Origin: Candidatus Bathyarchaeota archaeon
GTDB taxonomy: Archaea; Thermoproteota; Bathyarchaeia; Bathyarchaeales; Bathycorpusculaceae
Direction: 5' to 3'
NCBI GenBank assembly: GCA_963780185.1
Contig: CAWABA010000006.1
Location: forward strand, 768,001 to 832,000
DNA length: 64,000 nucleotides
Part shown: one piece after another, positions 1 through 10,014 of the stretch
How the letters are laid out: each line of letters opens with the position of its first letter
Numbering within the stretch: position 1 is the stretch's first letter
Program-made: the position numbers and the translations under genes
Notes under the pieces: model-generated
Database searches by the model: none
Seen by the model: only the letters and a program-made list of their open reading frames with translations
What the model was told of the DNA's origin: nothing

Positions 1-371
1 TTCTCGTATTTTGAGTCGAACTCCGAGACTAAAGCCACAAGTAAAGCGTCAACTTCGAAGCTGTCAAGACCGAACATTTCGGCAAGAACTTCAAGCCGTA
101 GCTCCGTTCCCTGCAGCTTGCACGCAATTTTTTCTTCGGCGATTTTCTGTGCCAACGTCTCTTGTTCTGCCCGAGTTTCAGCGTTTGATTCATTCGCCTC
201 GGTTTCTTTTGCTATAAGTTGGTCGATTTCTTCTTCAGAAATGAAAAGGCCTGGGAAAGTTTGGTTCTTGCTTGATTTGCGCCAATGCTGGATGCTTTCG
301 GCAACGATTAGGTCGATTCTTTTGAGTTCATCCAGAATATGCTTTAGGTTGCTTGCTTGTAGGGGATTCAT
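1..371 (-). CDS. eCIS AAA+ ATPase (Afp15-like), N-terminal part; truncated by window edge
   Basis: Not in ORF track. Manual translation from ATG 371: MNPLQASNLKHILDELKRIDL...GLFISEEEID...LRLEVLAEMFGLDSFEVDALLVALVSEFDSKYE, matching the LxxxFGLxxFExDxLLxALxxExDxxY N-terminal signature of eCIS ATPases. Confidence 0.8.
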   Translation of the reverse strand, partial: MNPLQASNLKHILDELKRIDLIVAESIQHWRKSSKNQTFPGLFISEEEIDQLIAKETEANESNAETRAEQETLAQKIAEEKIACKLQGTELRLEVLAEMFGLDSFEVDALLVALVSEFDSKYE

Positions 372-454
372 GCCTTGCGTTGCTGGGTCGCTGGTTGCTG
401 ATGTAATTTACCGTACGCTCCTAATTATCGTCTCGATGCCGCCGCTGGAGCCGT

Positions 455-2344
455 CTAGTTGATGGTGGCGTTTATCATCAAAGATGCCTGTTTTGTGCTG
501 CCTTTGTAGACGTCGTTGGTTGTGAAGGTTTCTCCGGGATAGTTAACTTGGAGGGTATAGTTGCCTGCCACTACGGTCTCTTCGCCCGCTAGTTGGAAGC
601 TTAGTTTTCCCGTGGAATCTGAGTTGTTGGGCCCTTTAGTGATTTTTTTGTTTTCAGGGTTGGTTACATCAAGAGTAATGCCGTGAAGGATGGTACCTTT
701 TGGAGGGGCAGTAACGGCGACTGCGATGGTTACCGGGTAGCCCGTCGTAACTTTAGGGGGGTTTGCAGCAATTTTTATTATGGATGTGTTTGTCGGCGCC
801 TTGACGACAAGGGGATTTGACGCTGTGCAAGCCATGTAATTCACGTTGGCGCTCGCGAAGAGTTCTCCAGAGTAATCGACCTTAATTGTGTAGGTGCCTA
901 CTGTCGAAAAAGCTACGTTTGGAATGGAAAACTTGCCGCTGCCGTCCGAGTTGTAAGTTCCTTGCTGTATCGCATTTCCAGCAGGGTCTATAAGTGTTAG
1001 TTTAATGCTGTGGAAAGCGTCAGCGGATGTTGGTGGAGCAGGAGTTATTGAGCCGTTAATCGAAAGCGATTGCCCAGCGGTTATGGTTGCGGGGGTTGTG
1101 TCGAAGGTCATTGAAGTTTCAACTGGAACGTTAAGGATAATCCAGCTTTCAAAAAGACCGCCTTCGGAACTGTCGCCTGTCGGCAGTTTCCCGCCCAAAA
1201 GGTCGCCGTCTAAGGATTTCCCGTCGTTGTCAAGCACACAGTCGCCTTTTATTCGAATAACCAATCTAAGTTTCGAGTAGTTTTTGCTGATTTCAGGCCC
1301 GAAGTATTGGGGTGCGTTTTCTCCGAAGACATTCAAGTCAAGGTGCACTCGGGCAATAGTTTTCTTTGCGGGTAACAAACCGACAGCGCTGCAGGCAGGC
1401 GTAATGGCGAGGTCTTTCTTCTCGATAAATGGATTGCGCCTTCGATTGTTACTGTAGCATTCAAGCGTTAAAGATACAGTGTCTTCGTTAATCGTCGCCG
1501 TATCCATCAGTCGATCGAAAACCACGAGGAAACCTTCATTGCTAAAGAGTCTATCACGCCACAACTGCGAGTCAGTAAAAGTATTGCCGTGTTTCCAGTT
1601 CATTTCTTGGACTTTCGGCAGGTCCTTCTCAACTTCGTTTTTGAGGCACTGCAGCAGATTGTAAAGGGTTCCGTTCCCAAATACGAGGTTTCGGCTATTG
1701 CCTATCTGATTGATGGTTATGGTGCCGTCTGCGTTCCGTGTGAAGTACACTTCGGCGAGAAGAACCGCGCCTTCATTCGAGGGAGAACAAGTAGTTTTGC
1801 AGAAGCCGTCCTTGCTTGTGTCGCTGCGGTAATCATTCCATTCAGCGCAGATGTCCTCGGTATGGAGGGGACTCAGGACTAACAGGTTCTGCAGAACGAT
1901 TTTGAAGCCCTCTTGCAGGGTGCTGTAGCAGCAGTTGTCCTTGCAGTTGGATGCTTTCAAAACGTTGGTGGCTGGGTCTAACCCGCAGAAATCATATTTT
2001 ATGTAAACTTTTGCGGGGCTGGTTGCTGTTGGCGAAAGATTCGGTGCAAAACTGTAACTGTAAGGTTGGGCGACAACTATTTCTCGTCCACAGGGGTCCA
2101 ACGCGACTCCTGGCGAGACGATGATGTTTGTTGTTGTGCCGTCTTGGGTGACTTGTAAGCCGCAGACGACTCCGACGCCGTGGATGAGTCTGTTTGCGAG
2201 GCGTTGTTTGTTGATGAAGTATTGCTGTTCCATGCGGAAGTCGTTTACGGTTAGTAGTTTGCCGTAAAAGTAGTTATTTCGCCTAAACGTGGGGAACGAT
2301 TCACATTGCACGTCGGCTATATCGGTTGTGTTTGTATCTGACAT
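455..2344 (-). CDS. Putative eCIS tail fibre/baseplate-attached protein with two C-terminal Ig-like domains
   Basis: N-terminus RNNYFYGKLLTVNDFRMEQQYF...HGVGVVCGLQV...VSPGVALDPCGREIVV is typical of eCIS fibre N-domains. C-terminus has two similar ~105-aa beta-rich repeats (NSDGSGKFS...VGTYTIKVDYSGE / NSDSTGKLS...AGNYTLQVNYPGE). ATG 2344 preferred over TTG 2365. Confidence 0.75.
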   Translation of the reverse strand: MSDTNTTDIADVQCESFPTFRRNNYFYGKLLTVNDFRMEQQYFINKQRLANRLIHGVGVVCGLQVTQDGTTTNIIVSPGVALDPCGREIVVAQPYSYSFAPNLSPTATSPAKVYIKYDFCGLDPATNVLKASNCKDNCCYSTLQEGFKIVLQNLLVLSPLHTEDICAEWNDYRSDTSKDGFCKTTCSPSNEGAVLLAEVYFTRNADGTITINQIGNSRNLVFGNGTLYNLLQCLKNEVEKDLPKVQEMNWKHGNTFTDSQLWRDRLFSNEGFLVVFDRLMDTATINEDTVSLTLECYSNNRRRNPFIEKKDLAITPACSAVGLLPAKKTIARVHLDLNVFGENAPQYFGPEISKNYSKLRLVIRIKGDCVLDNDGKSLDGDLLGGKLPTGDSSEGGLFESWIILNVPVETSMTFDTTPATITAGQSLSINGSITPAPPTSADAFHSIKLTLIDPAGNAIQQGTYNSDGSGKFSIPNVAFSTVGTYTIKVDYSGELFASANVNYMACTASNPLVVKAPTNTSIIKIAANPPKVTTGYPVTIAVAVTAPPKGTILHGITLDVTNPENKKITKGPNNSDSTGKLSFQLAGEETVVAGNYTLQVNYPGETFTTNDVYKGSTKQASLMINATIN

Positions 2345-2382
2345 CTCAGCGCACTCTCGGTTCAATTGTATCGTAAGTATGT

Positions 2383-3492
2383 TTATTTAAAACTTTCATT
2401 AAGAACTACAGGCTTTAACTCGGCGGGCTTCTCAATCGGCTTAAGGATGATTGGCTCCTCGACAGGCTTAATCTCAATGGGTTGAGTGATGACTGTATCC
2501 ACCGGAACCGTGGCTGTGCCCACGTACATTTCAGCCTTATACTCCGTCAAAAACGAGTTAACCCCAAGGTAACTGTGCCAATCCAGCTGGATTTTGTTTT
2601 CCAAAACCACGAAGCCCCCGACGGTGTGGGCTGGCTTTTCGTTTTCGATGACTCGTTTTATGACTTTTCGGTCAACGTCGGTTCGCACCTGGTTAGGCCA
2701 AAGCAACACGCAGAAAGAATATTTGTCACCGAACAATGCATCCAGCATCGCCTGAAACTGCGGGCTCCCAGTCTTGAGCAGCACACGCTCAACAACGGCA
2801 ACGGGGTATCTTCCCGTGTAAATGTTTATGATTTCTTCAAGCTCTTTTTTGGTTCCGCGGTAACGGTAAAGCAGAGCGGCTTTGCTGAGGAATTCCCGCC
2901 ACTTCGCCTCAGGCCAGTTTTCATCCTTAACTGTGCCGACCCATGTTGAAAGCCACGGGAGAAATTCGCTCGGAGTCAATTTGGCGTCGACAAGCTCAGG
3001 CGTGTCTTCTATTTCGTTCTCGATTTTTTGAAGGGTAAGCTCGAAAATTGTGAGGTACCTCTGCAAAAAGTCGTTGCCTGCGGGGTCCTGCTGGTAAAAC
3101 TCGGGCAAATACTGCATGTAGTTTACGTTCGCAAAGAAAGCTTTCACGTTTTTAACGGTGGGGAACTGCCCTTTTTTGTTGCCTACTATGGTGATTTTAA
3201 GCCAAAGATTCTGTCCCTTCCCAGCGTCAATTATGACTTGACGCTGGTTAACTGCGGGCTGCGACCACAAAGGCTGCAGTGTGGTGATGTCGTGGCTTTT
3301 TTGCGAAGTGACAAAATACGAGACAGTTATCTGAGTTTTCTTCGGCAGAACCGCGTGGATCATGATTTTGTGCCATATGCAATCGGTTATTTGGCTGTCG
3401 ACGTTTACTATCTGCTCTTTTTTGGTCGCGGACTTTACTGTCCAGTTGTTAGGGATCTGCACGATTTGGGGTGAGGAGGTTTCGCTGCTCAT
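2383..3492 (-). CDS. Phage tail protein I-like baseplate wedge protein
   Basis: YLPEFYQ...FLQRYLTIFE...P.EFLPWLSTWVG...LYRYRGTKKELE...EKPAHT motifs; position in the eCIS operon. Confidence 0.85.
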   Translation of the reverse strand: MSSETSSPQIVQIPNNWTVKSATKKEQIVNVDSQITDCIWHKIMIHAVLPKKTQITVSYFVTSQKSHDITTLQPLWSQPAVNQRQVIIDAGKGQNLWLKITIVGNKKGQFPTVKNVKAFFANVNYMQYLPEFYQQDPAGNDFLQRYLTIFELTLQKIENEIEDTPELVDAKLTPSEFLPWLSTWVGTVKDENWPEAKWREFLSKAALLYRYRGTKKELEEIINIYTGRYPVAVVERVLLKTGSPQFQAMLDALFGDKYSFCVLLWPNQVRTDVDRKVIKRVIENEKPAHTVGGFVVLENKIQLDWHSYLGVNSFLTEYKAEMYVGTATVPVDTVITQPIEIKPVEEPIILKPIEKPAELKPVVLNESFK

Positions 3493-3493
3493 T

Positions 3494-4364
3494 CTAAAGG
3501 GTGTACCTCCTGCAGGTTGCTTGAGAGCCGACGATGTTGATTTGATGCGTGCCAGAATCCACCAGCGCGTGGGCGCCGACGATTATGTTGCCGTTGACCA
3601 GTGTGCAGTCGCCTGTACATGAAAGGGTTAGGTTCTGTACGCAGTCAACACCTTCGATGCCTTCGATGAATGCGACGATTTCAGATTTGTAGACGCTTCG
3701 TCCGAAAGGCCATCCGTCGTGGTCCCAGCCGCCGATGAGGGGATTAAGAAAAACCTCCAGCTTTTCAACGACCGAGCTTTTCACAGCGTCTTCCGACGAC
3801 AAAGGCTTTGTGCGTATGTCAGTTTGAACGCTGATTGGCACGAACTCGGGATCTATGACTTCAATCAGGGTTGTCAGAAGCCTGCCCTCATTCAAATGCT
3901 CGCAGACAAGCCGTTTGGCTGCGTCACTGGCTGCGGTCAACGTGTTCACGGTCGGCGGCTTAACGCAGACGATGACTTCCACCTTGTCGCTGTTCCAGAA
4001 GGCTTGAGCGCGTTCAATGTTTGCTTTAGGGGTTTCTTTGGCTAAAAACTCGTAATCTGATAGCGTGACGGCGCGGTATGGTTTTTTGAAGTCTTTTTGG
4101 ACTGCGAATATGGCATTGTTTAGGTTGTCGCCTCTCCGTGTTTTGGTGCCGAGCAGTTTGAGGAATTTGCGGATGTCACGGTCAGTTATTTGGTCGAGGA
4201 AGAACACTTGCGCTTCAGTTAACCACGCCAGCAGCCTCGATTAACGTGATGCCGGGGTCATGAAGGTTGTAATCTGTCCAGCCTGTGCCGTACTGGGGAA
4301 TGCGTTTTTTGGCTTCCTCAACTAGCTGCGCAAAAGTTACGTCGTCAAGGACAGGAACATCCAA
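3494..4364 (-). CDS. Short baseplate J/gp47-like protein (one frameshift at ~4236, probably a sequencing error)
   Basis: TTG 4364 gives LDVPVLDDVTFAQLVEEAKKRIPQYGTGWTDYNLHDPGITLIE. Removing one G continues LLAWLTEAQVFFLDQITD...RAVTLSDYE...GWPFGRSVY (ORF 3494-4207). Confidence 0.85.
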
Positions 4365-4365
4365 G

Positions 4366-7300
4366 TCAGGTACCTCCCGAAAGCTTCACGTTGACTTGAT
4401 GTGTGCCGCTGCAGATAAGTGCGTAACCAGGCAAGACGATGTTGTTGTCTGAAGGCAAAGTGTCTCCCGTTTGTGCATCGCAGATTGTTACTTTCAGGTT
4501 TTGAATATAGTCGACTTGCGGGATGCTTTGAAGAAGCCCCAGAATATCTGAGTCGCAGGGAACCTTGCCGAAATCCCAGCCTTTGCCGTCTGAGCCGCCG
4601 TGGAGCGGATGCAGGAAAGTTTTAAGCGAATTCAACGCGGCGAAGTTAACTGCAGATGCAGAATTGATGTCTGCGACGTAAATGTCTGCGGTTACTGACA
4701 CCGCTAGATATGTTGGTCCCGTTACTGTGAGGGTTGATACGGATATGGGGTTGTGGCTTTTGAGGTAGTCTTCTACGGTTTGAAGCATCCGTGAAGAAGG
4801 CGTAGGCTGGTCCACTGGGCTTTCAGGGATTATTATGACGGCTACGCAGCCACTTTGAATTTGTCCTTCACTGTTCAGGTTAGGAATGCACTTAACCCTT
4901 GCGACGTCGCCTGAGGCTTCAATCGAGAGCCATTCATAGTCTTCCTGAGCCACCGCGCGGTCCCTGTTCTGAACCGTTTTAGGTCCTCTTTTCTTAGCGC
5001 GGTCCACGGTTTCAGCGTCGGCTCCGCCTTCTGCGTCGTCGATGTTGACGGCTCTGTCAATGCCCGCAAGCGCCGTAACCAGCTTCTTAACCTCGCCTAA
5101 AGCCACGTCGCCTATGACTCCGCCGCCAGTCTGGTAAGTTGCTTTGATTGAAGCGCCAACCGTGGGAATCATGCCGTTTTCGCCGTCGCCGAAGGTTATT
5201 TCGCCTGAGATTCTGTCAAGCATGTAGCTTCTGCTGTTTTCGTCTGAATCAAAAAAGTCATCAACTACCACCCATTGCACCCAGATTTTTGCCGGGTCAG
5301 ATTGATCAACTATGTAGTCTCCTTCTGTTGGGACGGCTGACTCCTGAACCCATAAGTTTGCCGAAGCCACTGGGGTTCTGCTCAATTTCAGAGGTGTAGC
5401 CATTAGTCCGTCGCTTGTTCCCAAGAGTTCGTCCGTGACGGTTTCAGCCTGCATAGCCAAAGTCGAATTAAGTGAAACCGCGTAGGGTATTGGGGCTGCA
5501 GGTATCTCTTTTATGGCGTTGGGAACTGAGAATTTTGCGTTGTAAATATCCACCTTGTTGCATGGTTGCCCACCTGTAGCCGTCGAATCTACATATTTTG
5601 CAAGTTGGGCATCTGGAATGTAATTCTGCATAATTCGGAGAAGCTGCGTGTTCAAACGGAAGCCTTTGGTTCCTAATGGAAGAAGCCGCATTTTGTTGGT
5701 GTCGCCCTCGGCGTTTACTAACGCATTAACTACGTCGGCTAATGTTTGCCCCAAGGATTGAAACTTGTTTTCGACGACTTCACCGCGGATCCAATACATT
5801 GTTTGCCCAAATTTTTCTTCAGCACCTATGTCGCTGGGAGCCAAGAACTCGATGGCGCCGCTCTGCGTCAAATTATCCGTTGAATCTTCAACTTCGATGG
5901 GAACCCATTCTTCCGCAGGCGTCTTCCTCAGGTAACTCCACACTATCCTCGGCTTTTTGTCATCCAAATACTCCTGTTTGCGCAGAGCGAAGAAAACGCT
6001 GATTGTGCCTTCCCCAAGCGGCGTGTCGAAGCCCAGATAAAGCGTTTGGTTGGCCTCTTGGACAGGCAAAAACGGTTGGAACGGAGCGGCTGTGTCTGTC
6101 CAGTTTTGGAGTTGCAGGTTGTTTTTTGCTGAACAGGTGACTGTTTGTGCGCTCATTTGATTTTTTATTATAATGTCGTAGATTTGGGGTGGGGCATCTT
6201 TTATTTCGGGTTTACTTCCCAAGGTTATTGACCGATAGTTGCCAGAGGCTATGCGTGCTCTAATCCAAAAGTTCTCTTTGTTGTTGACTTTTGTCGAGGT
6301 CATGTCGCTGGGACAGGTGAATATGACTTGAGGATAGTTTGTGTTAGGATTTATCTTCTCATCGAAGAGGCATTTGACGCCTTTCAGGTTGCTCCACGTT
6401 TTTCCGTCCCAGTACTCCCACGAAACCAAAAGCGGCGAATCACCCTTTGCGCCTGCCGCGTCAGTAATTACGCCTGGAACGCCAGCGGTCTCAACGGAGA
6501 AGCAGATTTCCACCCGCGTGTTTATCTTTGAAAAAGCTTCTTGGCTTCCAATGTAGAATACATCGGATGCGTTCGGTTGCATGCCGAAGGGGTAAAAATC
6601 CTGGGCTAAATAGATTGGAACATCATTGTAAAAGGCGAGGTCTGGACGGGTCACGTTGATAACTTTGGCTTCCAGAGATTTTAATGTGGGAAGCGCCGAG
6701 GGCAAGGCGGGGTCGACTTTGGCTCTTATCCAGAAAGTTTCGGTTTCGCCGACGCGTTTTTTCGCTGACGCCGTCGAGTTCCCTTTTGTTAGTGTTATTG
6801 TTTCTTTTCCGTTTCCTGCGGGGGCGGGAGTCGCAGTTGTGAAGTCTATCCAGTCTGTTTCAGCGTCTTGGGTGTCTTGGAAGCTGTAGGACCATTTGAC
6901 ATTGTTGGCAAGGCTTGCTTTTGGGTTTGGGTCCGCGTACTCAACCAGCAACTGAATTTGGGCAGACTGCGTTTCAGGAGGGTTCCTTCGTCTTGCCCCA
7001 TGCTTTAGTCGTCTACTTGCTCCTTTTTTGAGGTTAAAAAGCGAATCGTCACCTAAGTACAAGGCATGTTCCTGCATGGCGGGGCTGACGAAAAACGTTG
7101 TCTGCTTCGTATCCGAGTTTAACTCGGTTAAGTGGTCATAAACTTGATCCGTGCTCCGATCAACGCTCACTAAAGCTTTTAGCTGGGAAACCGTGGCGGT
7201 GAAGGGTCTTTCCGTTTCGAACATTATTTTGGTTTCAGTGGAAACTTGGGTTCCCGCTGGAACATCGACGTTTTCTTGGGCGCCTTTGCTTAGGATGAAG

Positions 7301-7575
7301 TTAATGGGCGTTCTTGCAGATTGGGGCGGCAGCAATTTCGTTCCTAAAACGTTTAGGTAGGCCACGGTTTGTTTGTCTGGAACCTGGTTTAGCTGGGTGA
7401 TTGTATGGTCAGCCATGTAGCTTAGGATTTGCAGTAGGGCGTACGCTACGTCTTTTCGGTTACGCCACGCCGCCACATCCGTTCCCGTGAGGTCAGGCAC
7501 CTGTTTGGAGGCTAAGTCTTCAAGCATTGCCAGGATTGCTGCGCGGTCTCGCGGATCGATGTTGGGTGCCGACAA
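4366..7575 (-). CDS. Large baseplate J-like protein (Afp11-like)
   Basis: PNIDPRD N-terminus, WEYWDG, ITFGDGENGMIP, GGADAET, RDRAVAQEDYE and GWDFG motifs. Confidence 0.9.
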   Translation of the reverse strand: MSAPNIDPRDRAAILAMLEDLASKQVPDLTGTDVAAWRNRKDVAYALLQILSYMADHTITQLNQVPDKQTVAYLNVLGTKLLPPQSARTPINFILSKGAQENVDVPAGTQVSTETKIMFETERPFTATVSQLKALVSVDRSTDQVYDHLTELNSDTKQTTFFVSPAMQEHALYLGDDSLFNLKKGASRRLKHGARRRNPPETQSAQIQLLVEYADPNPKASLANNVKWSYSFQDTQDAETDWIDFTTATPAPAGNGKETITLTKGNSTASAKKRVGETETFWIRAKVDPALPSALPTLKSLEAKVINVTRPDLAFYNDVPIYLAQDFYPFGMQPNASDVFYIGSQEAFSKINTRVEICFSVETAGVPGVITDAAGAKGDSPLLVSWEYWDGKTWSNLKGVKCLFDEKINPNTNYPQVIFTCPSDMTSTKVNNKENFWIRARIASGNYRSITLGSKPEIKDAPPQIYDIIIKNQMSAQTVTCSAKNNLQLQNWTDTAAPFQPFLPVQEANQTLYLGFDTPLGEGTISVFFALRKQEYLDDKKPRIVWSYLRKTPAEEWVPIEVEDSTDNLTQSGAIEFLAPSDIGAEEKFGQTMYWIRGEVVENKFQSLGQTLADVVNALVNAEGDTNKMRLLPLGTKGFRLNTQLLRIMQNYIPDAQLAKYVDSTATGGQPCNKVDIYNAKFSVPNAIKEIPAAPIPYAVSLNSTLAMQAETVTDELLGTSDGLMATPLKLSRTPVASANLWVQESAVPTEGDYIVDQSDPAKIWVQWVVVDDFFDSDENSRSYMLDRISGEITFGDGENGMIPTVGASIKATYQTGGGVIGDVALGEVKKLVTALAGIDRAVNIDDAEGGADAETVDRAKKRGPKTVQNRDRAVAQEDYEWLSIEASGDVARVKCIPNLNSEGQIQSGCVAVIIIPESPVDQPTPSSRMLQTVEDYLKSHNPISVSTLTVTGPTYLAVSVTADIYVADINSASAVNFAALNSLKTFLHPLHGGSDGKGWDFGKVPCDSDILGLLQSIPQVDYIQNLKVTICDAQTGDTLPSDNNIVLPGYALICSGTHQVNVKLSGGT

Positions 7576-7577
7576 GG

Positions 7578-7982
7578 TTAGGTTCCCTCGTTTAGGTAGA
7601 ATGGGTAAACTATGTTGAACTGGTTGTTTGTTGACCGCACAGTGTAGTCGATGCTGATGAGCAATTGACCATTCTGCGCTTGCTCCGTTGAAACATTCAC
7701 GTTAACCAGGGCGATGCGGGGTTCGTATTTGGTGAGGGCTTCGCGCACCGTCATTTCGATGAGGCTTAGCGTGGACATGTTTATTGTTTGGAAAACCATT
7801 TCGTGGATGCCGCATCCGAAATCTGGATGCATCAGCCGCTCGCCCTGCGCGGTGCTCAAAATAATGATTATTGACTCTTTGATGTCGTCTTCATATTTTG
7901 AAAGAGCAATTTTTCCAGACGACGCATCAACGCCTACAGGAAGCTTCCACCCGACACCCAAAAAATCCTTCGACACAGCCAT
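7578..7982 (-). CDS. gp25/GPW-family baseplate protein (Afp9-like)
   Basis: FLGVGW..P, IKESIIIILSTAQGERLMHPDFGCGI, YEPRI, NIVYPFYL. Confidence 0.92.
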   Translation of the reverse strand: MAVSKDFLGVGWKLPVGVDASSGKIALSKYEDDIKESIIIILSTAQGERLMHPDFGCGIHEMVFQTINMSTLSLIEMTVREALTKYEPRIALVNVNVSTEQAQNGQLLISIDYTVRSTNNQFNIVYPFYLNEGT

Positions 7983-7987
7983 CGCTC

Positions 7988-8290
7988 CTACCCTATTATC
8001 ACCGTTAAACACCCGTTAACTATCGTGTTGGGGGGACCTGCTTCGCTGATGATGTCGCCAACCCGTGCTGCAGGCAAATTGTTGATTAAAACAGTGGTGC
8101 TTCCCATCATGACGACGCCGCCTACGTGGGGGTTAGGGGTTGACAGGGGACAGGAATGAACGTCAGATGTTGCTCTCCAAGCAGGCTGCCCGCCTATCAG
8201 AACGTTTGAGCTGCCTAGCCCAGGAGACAGGGGGCTTCCATGACTTGTCAAATCTCCAACTCTTGCTGCCGGCGGCATACCATCCATCAA
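7988..8290 (-). CDS. PAAR-domain spike tip protein
   Basis: PAARVGD twice, PAWR, His/Cys ligands, C-terminal TVIIG; no C-terminal effector extension. Confidence 0.95.
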   Translation of the reverse strand: MMDGMPPAARVGDLTSHGSPLSPGLGSSNVLIGGQPAWRATSDVHSCPLSTPNPHVGGVVMMGSTTVLINNLPAARVGDIISEAGPPNTIVNGCLTVIIG

Positions 8291-8293
8291 CTC

Positions 8294-8935
8294 CTAGTTT
8301 ATCTTAACTATTGCTCCCTTAAGGTTCAAGCTTCCTGTCGCTTCAATATCTATGGTTGAATCAGCTTTTAATTCTATCATTTGCGCTTGAATACTCAGTT
8401 TGGTTTGAGCCTTGACGGTGATGGAGTTTTGGGCGGAATCTATGATTATCGAGTTGCTGTTTTTATCGATGATTTGTATCTTCTCGCTGCCTGAGGAATC
8501 GTCAAGAATGATTTGGTGTCCAGCTTGACTGTGAATTTCCACTTTTTCACTTCCCTTTGAGTCGTCTAAGATTATTTTGTGCCCCGACTTGGACACGATT
8601 AGACGCCTATCATCATTTCCTGATTTGTTTGTTTCGGGAGGTTGGTCTTTTCCATTCCACAGGGAGCCCACGACAAAGGGTAGATCTATCATGCCGTGGT
8701 CGAAGGCTACCAGCACTTCGTCGCCGACTTCAGGAAGGAAATAGGTTCCTCTGTTTTTTCCCGCCATAGGCACGGCGATGCGGACCCATGAGGTTTTGTC
8801 TGAGCCGTTTCTCCATGGAAACTGAAGTTTGACTCTTCCCAGCCCGTTTGGGTCGTTGTTGTCAGTTACTATGCCGACGACGACTCCGCTGATTGCGTTT
8901 TGGCTTGAAGTTTTGTCTTGTCCAATAATGCTCAT
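8294..8935 (-). CDS. gp5/baseplate assembly protein V (VgrG C-terminal half, spike)
   Basis: GIVTDNNDPNGLGRVKLQFPW...WVR...FLPEVGDEVLVAF OB-fold followed by SGHKIILDD beta repeats. Confidence 0.92.
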   Translation of the reverse strand: MSIIGQDKTSSQNAISGVVVGIVTDNNDPNGLGRVKLQFPWRNGSDKTSWVRIAVPMAGKNRGTYFLPEVGDEVLVAFDHGMIDLPFVVGSLWNGKDQPPETNKSGNDDRRLIVSKSGHKIILDDSKGSEKVEIHSQAGHQIILDDSSGSEKIQIIDKNSNSIIIDSAQNSITVKAQTKLSIQAQMIELKADSTIDIEATGSLNLKGAIVKIN

Positions 8936-10008
8936 ATTACGTCTCCTCTCACGTTGATTGTGGTTTTGTAGCCTGATTGGTCAACCGTGTGCGTTGATTT
9001 CTCCACGAAGTATTTTTGGCTGAATTTTTTTCCTAAACCCTGAAGCAAAACGCAGGTTCCCGCCCTGATTTCGGGCAAGCCTATGCATTCGGCGGTTCCC
9101 TGAACAAGCCCCACGGACAATTTGTTGAATAGGGCTTGGGCTAAAATGTCGGCTTGCTGCTGGCTGCATACGGGTTGGTCAGTGATTGTTTGCTCCACGG
9201 TGCCGTAGAGATTCGCCATTGTTTGTCCCCCGCTTAAGCCTCCGCTTGTTTGCAGGCTGGCTTTTCCTGTTATTTCCTGTTTTGTGTCGGGGTCCCATCC
9301 TTTCACGGTGACTTCGCTTACCTGGTTGGCGGTGTTTAGTTCAGGGGAGAAGCTTAGAAGAGATTTGCCGTATTCCAAGGTGATGACAGATGAGGTGTTT
9401 CTTTGGGGCGGACCAAAATAGACGTCTCTTTGGTTAATTGAAAACTCGAAAAAGTTGCGTTCCGCAAGCTTCTTGATGAACGCGTAGTCTGTTTCGCCGT
9501 TCTGCGTGACTGCATCAATTACAACATTGGTGCTTTGTATGTGCGGTGTGAGTTTTTGTTTGAGGTTGCCGTTTTTGATTATGTCTTCAACGACTTCGCT
9601 GTCGCGTTTGCTAATCCATGTCTTGCTGTTGCGTGCTCGCGTAAGTTGAAAGAAAAGATCGTAGCCGCTGGCTTCCGTCTGCAAAGTCACATCCGAAGGG
9701 AAAGTCGGCTTCAAGCTGGTAATCTCACCCAAAATCATGGAGGTACGTTTGTCAAGGTAACCCATTTGGATTTCAACGAGTTTTCCCGGGTCAAACAATC
9801 CGCTGTCCAAAACCTTGTATTGTGAGGAAGGCAACCTTTCGTCATTGAATGTCACGGAGAACCTGTGGGAAACATCCAGCGCATCTTCAAAACTTACACT
9901 CAAAATATCCACCAGGTTTTTCTTAACTACGTCTACGCCGTCGACAAGCACTCTGAAACTGGGAATTTGAAAATCGTTGTATTTGCCGGCGAAAGAAACG
10001 TAGCTCAT
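8932..10008 (-). CDS. Phage late control D / gp27-like hub protein (VgrG N-terminal half)
   Basis: VEIQMGY, QNGETDYAFIKKLAER, VTVKGWDP, GLPEIRAG, GLGKKFS..YFV....H....GYKT motifs. Confidence 0.9.
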   Translation of the reverse strand: MSYVSFAGKYNDFQIPSFRVLVDGVDVVKKNLVDILSVSFEDALDVSHRFSVTFNDERLPSSQYKVLDSGLFDPGKLVEIQMGYLDKRTSMILGEITSLKPTFPSDVTLQTEASGYDLFFQLTRARNSKTWISKRDSEVVEDIIKNGNLKQKLTPHIQSTNVVIDAVTQNGETDYAFIKKLAERNFFEFSINQRDVYFGPPQRNTSSVITLEYGKSLLSFSPELNTANQVSEVTVKGWDPDTKQEITGKASLQTSGGLSGGQTMANLYGTVEQTITDQPVCSQQQADILAQALFNKLSVGLVQGTAECIGLPEIRAGTCVLLQGLGKKFSQKYFVEKSTHTVDQSGYKTTINVRGDVI

Positions 10009-10014
10009 CGTGGG

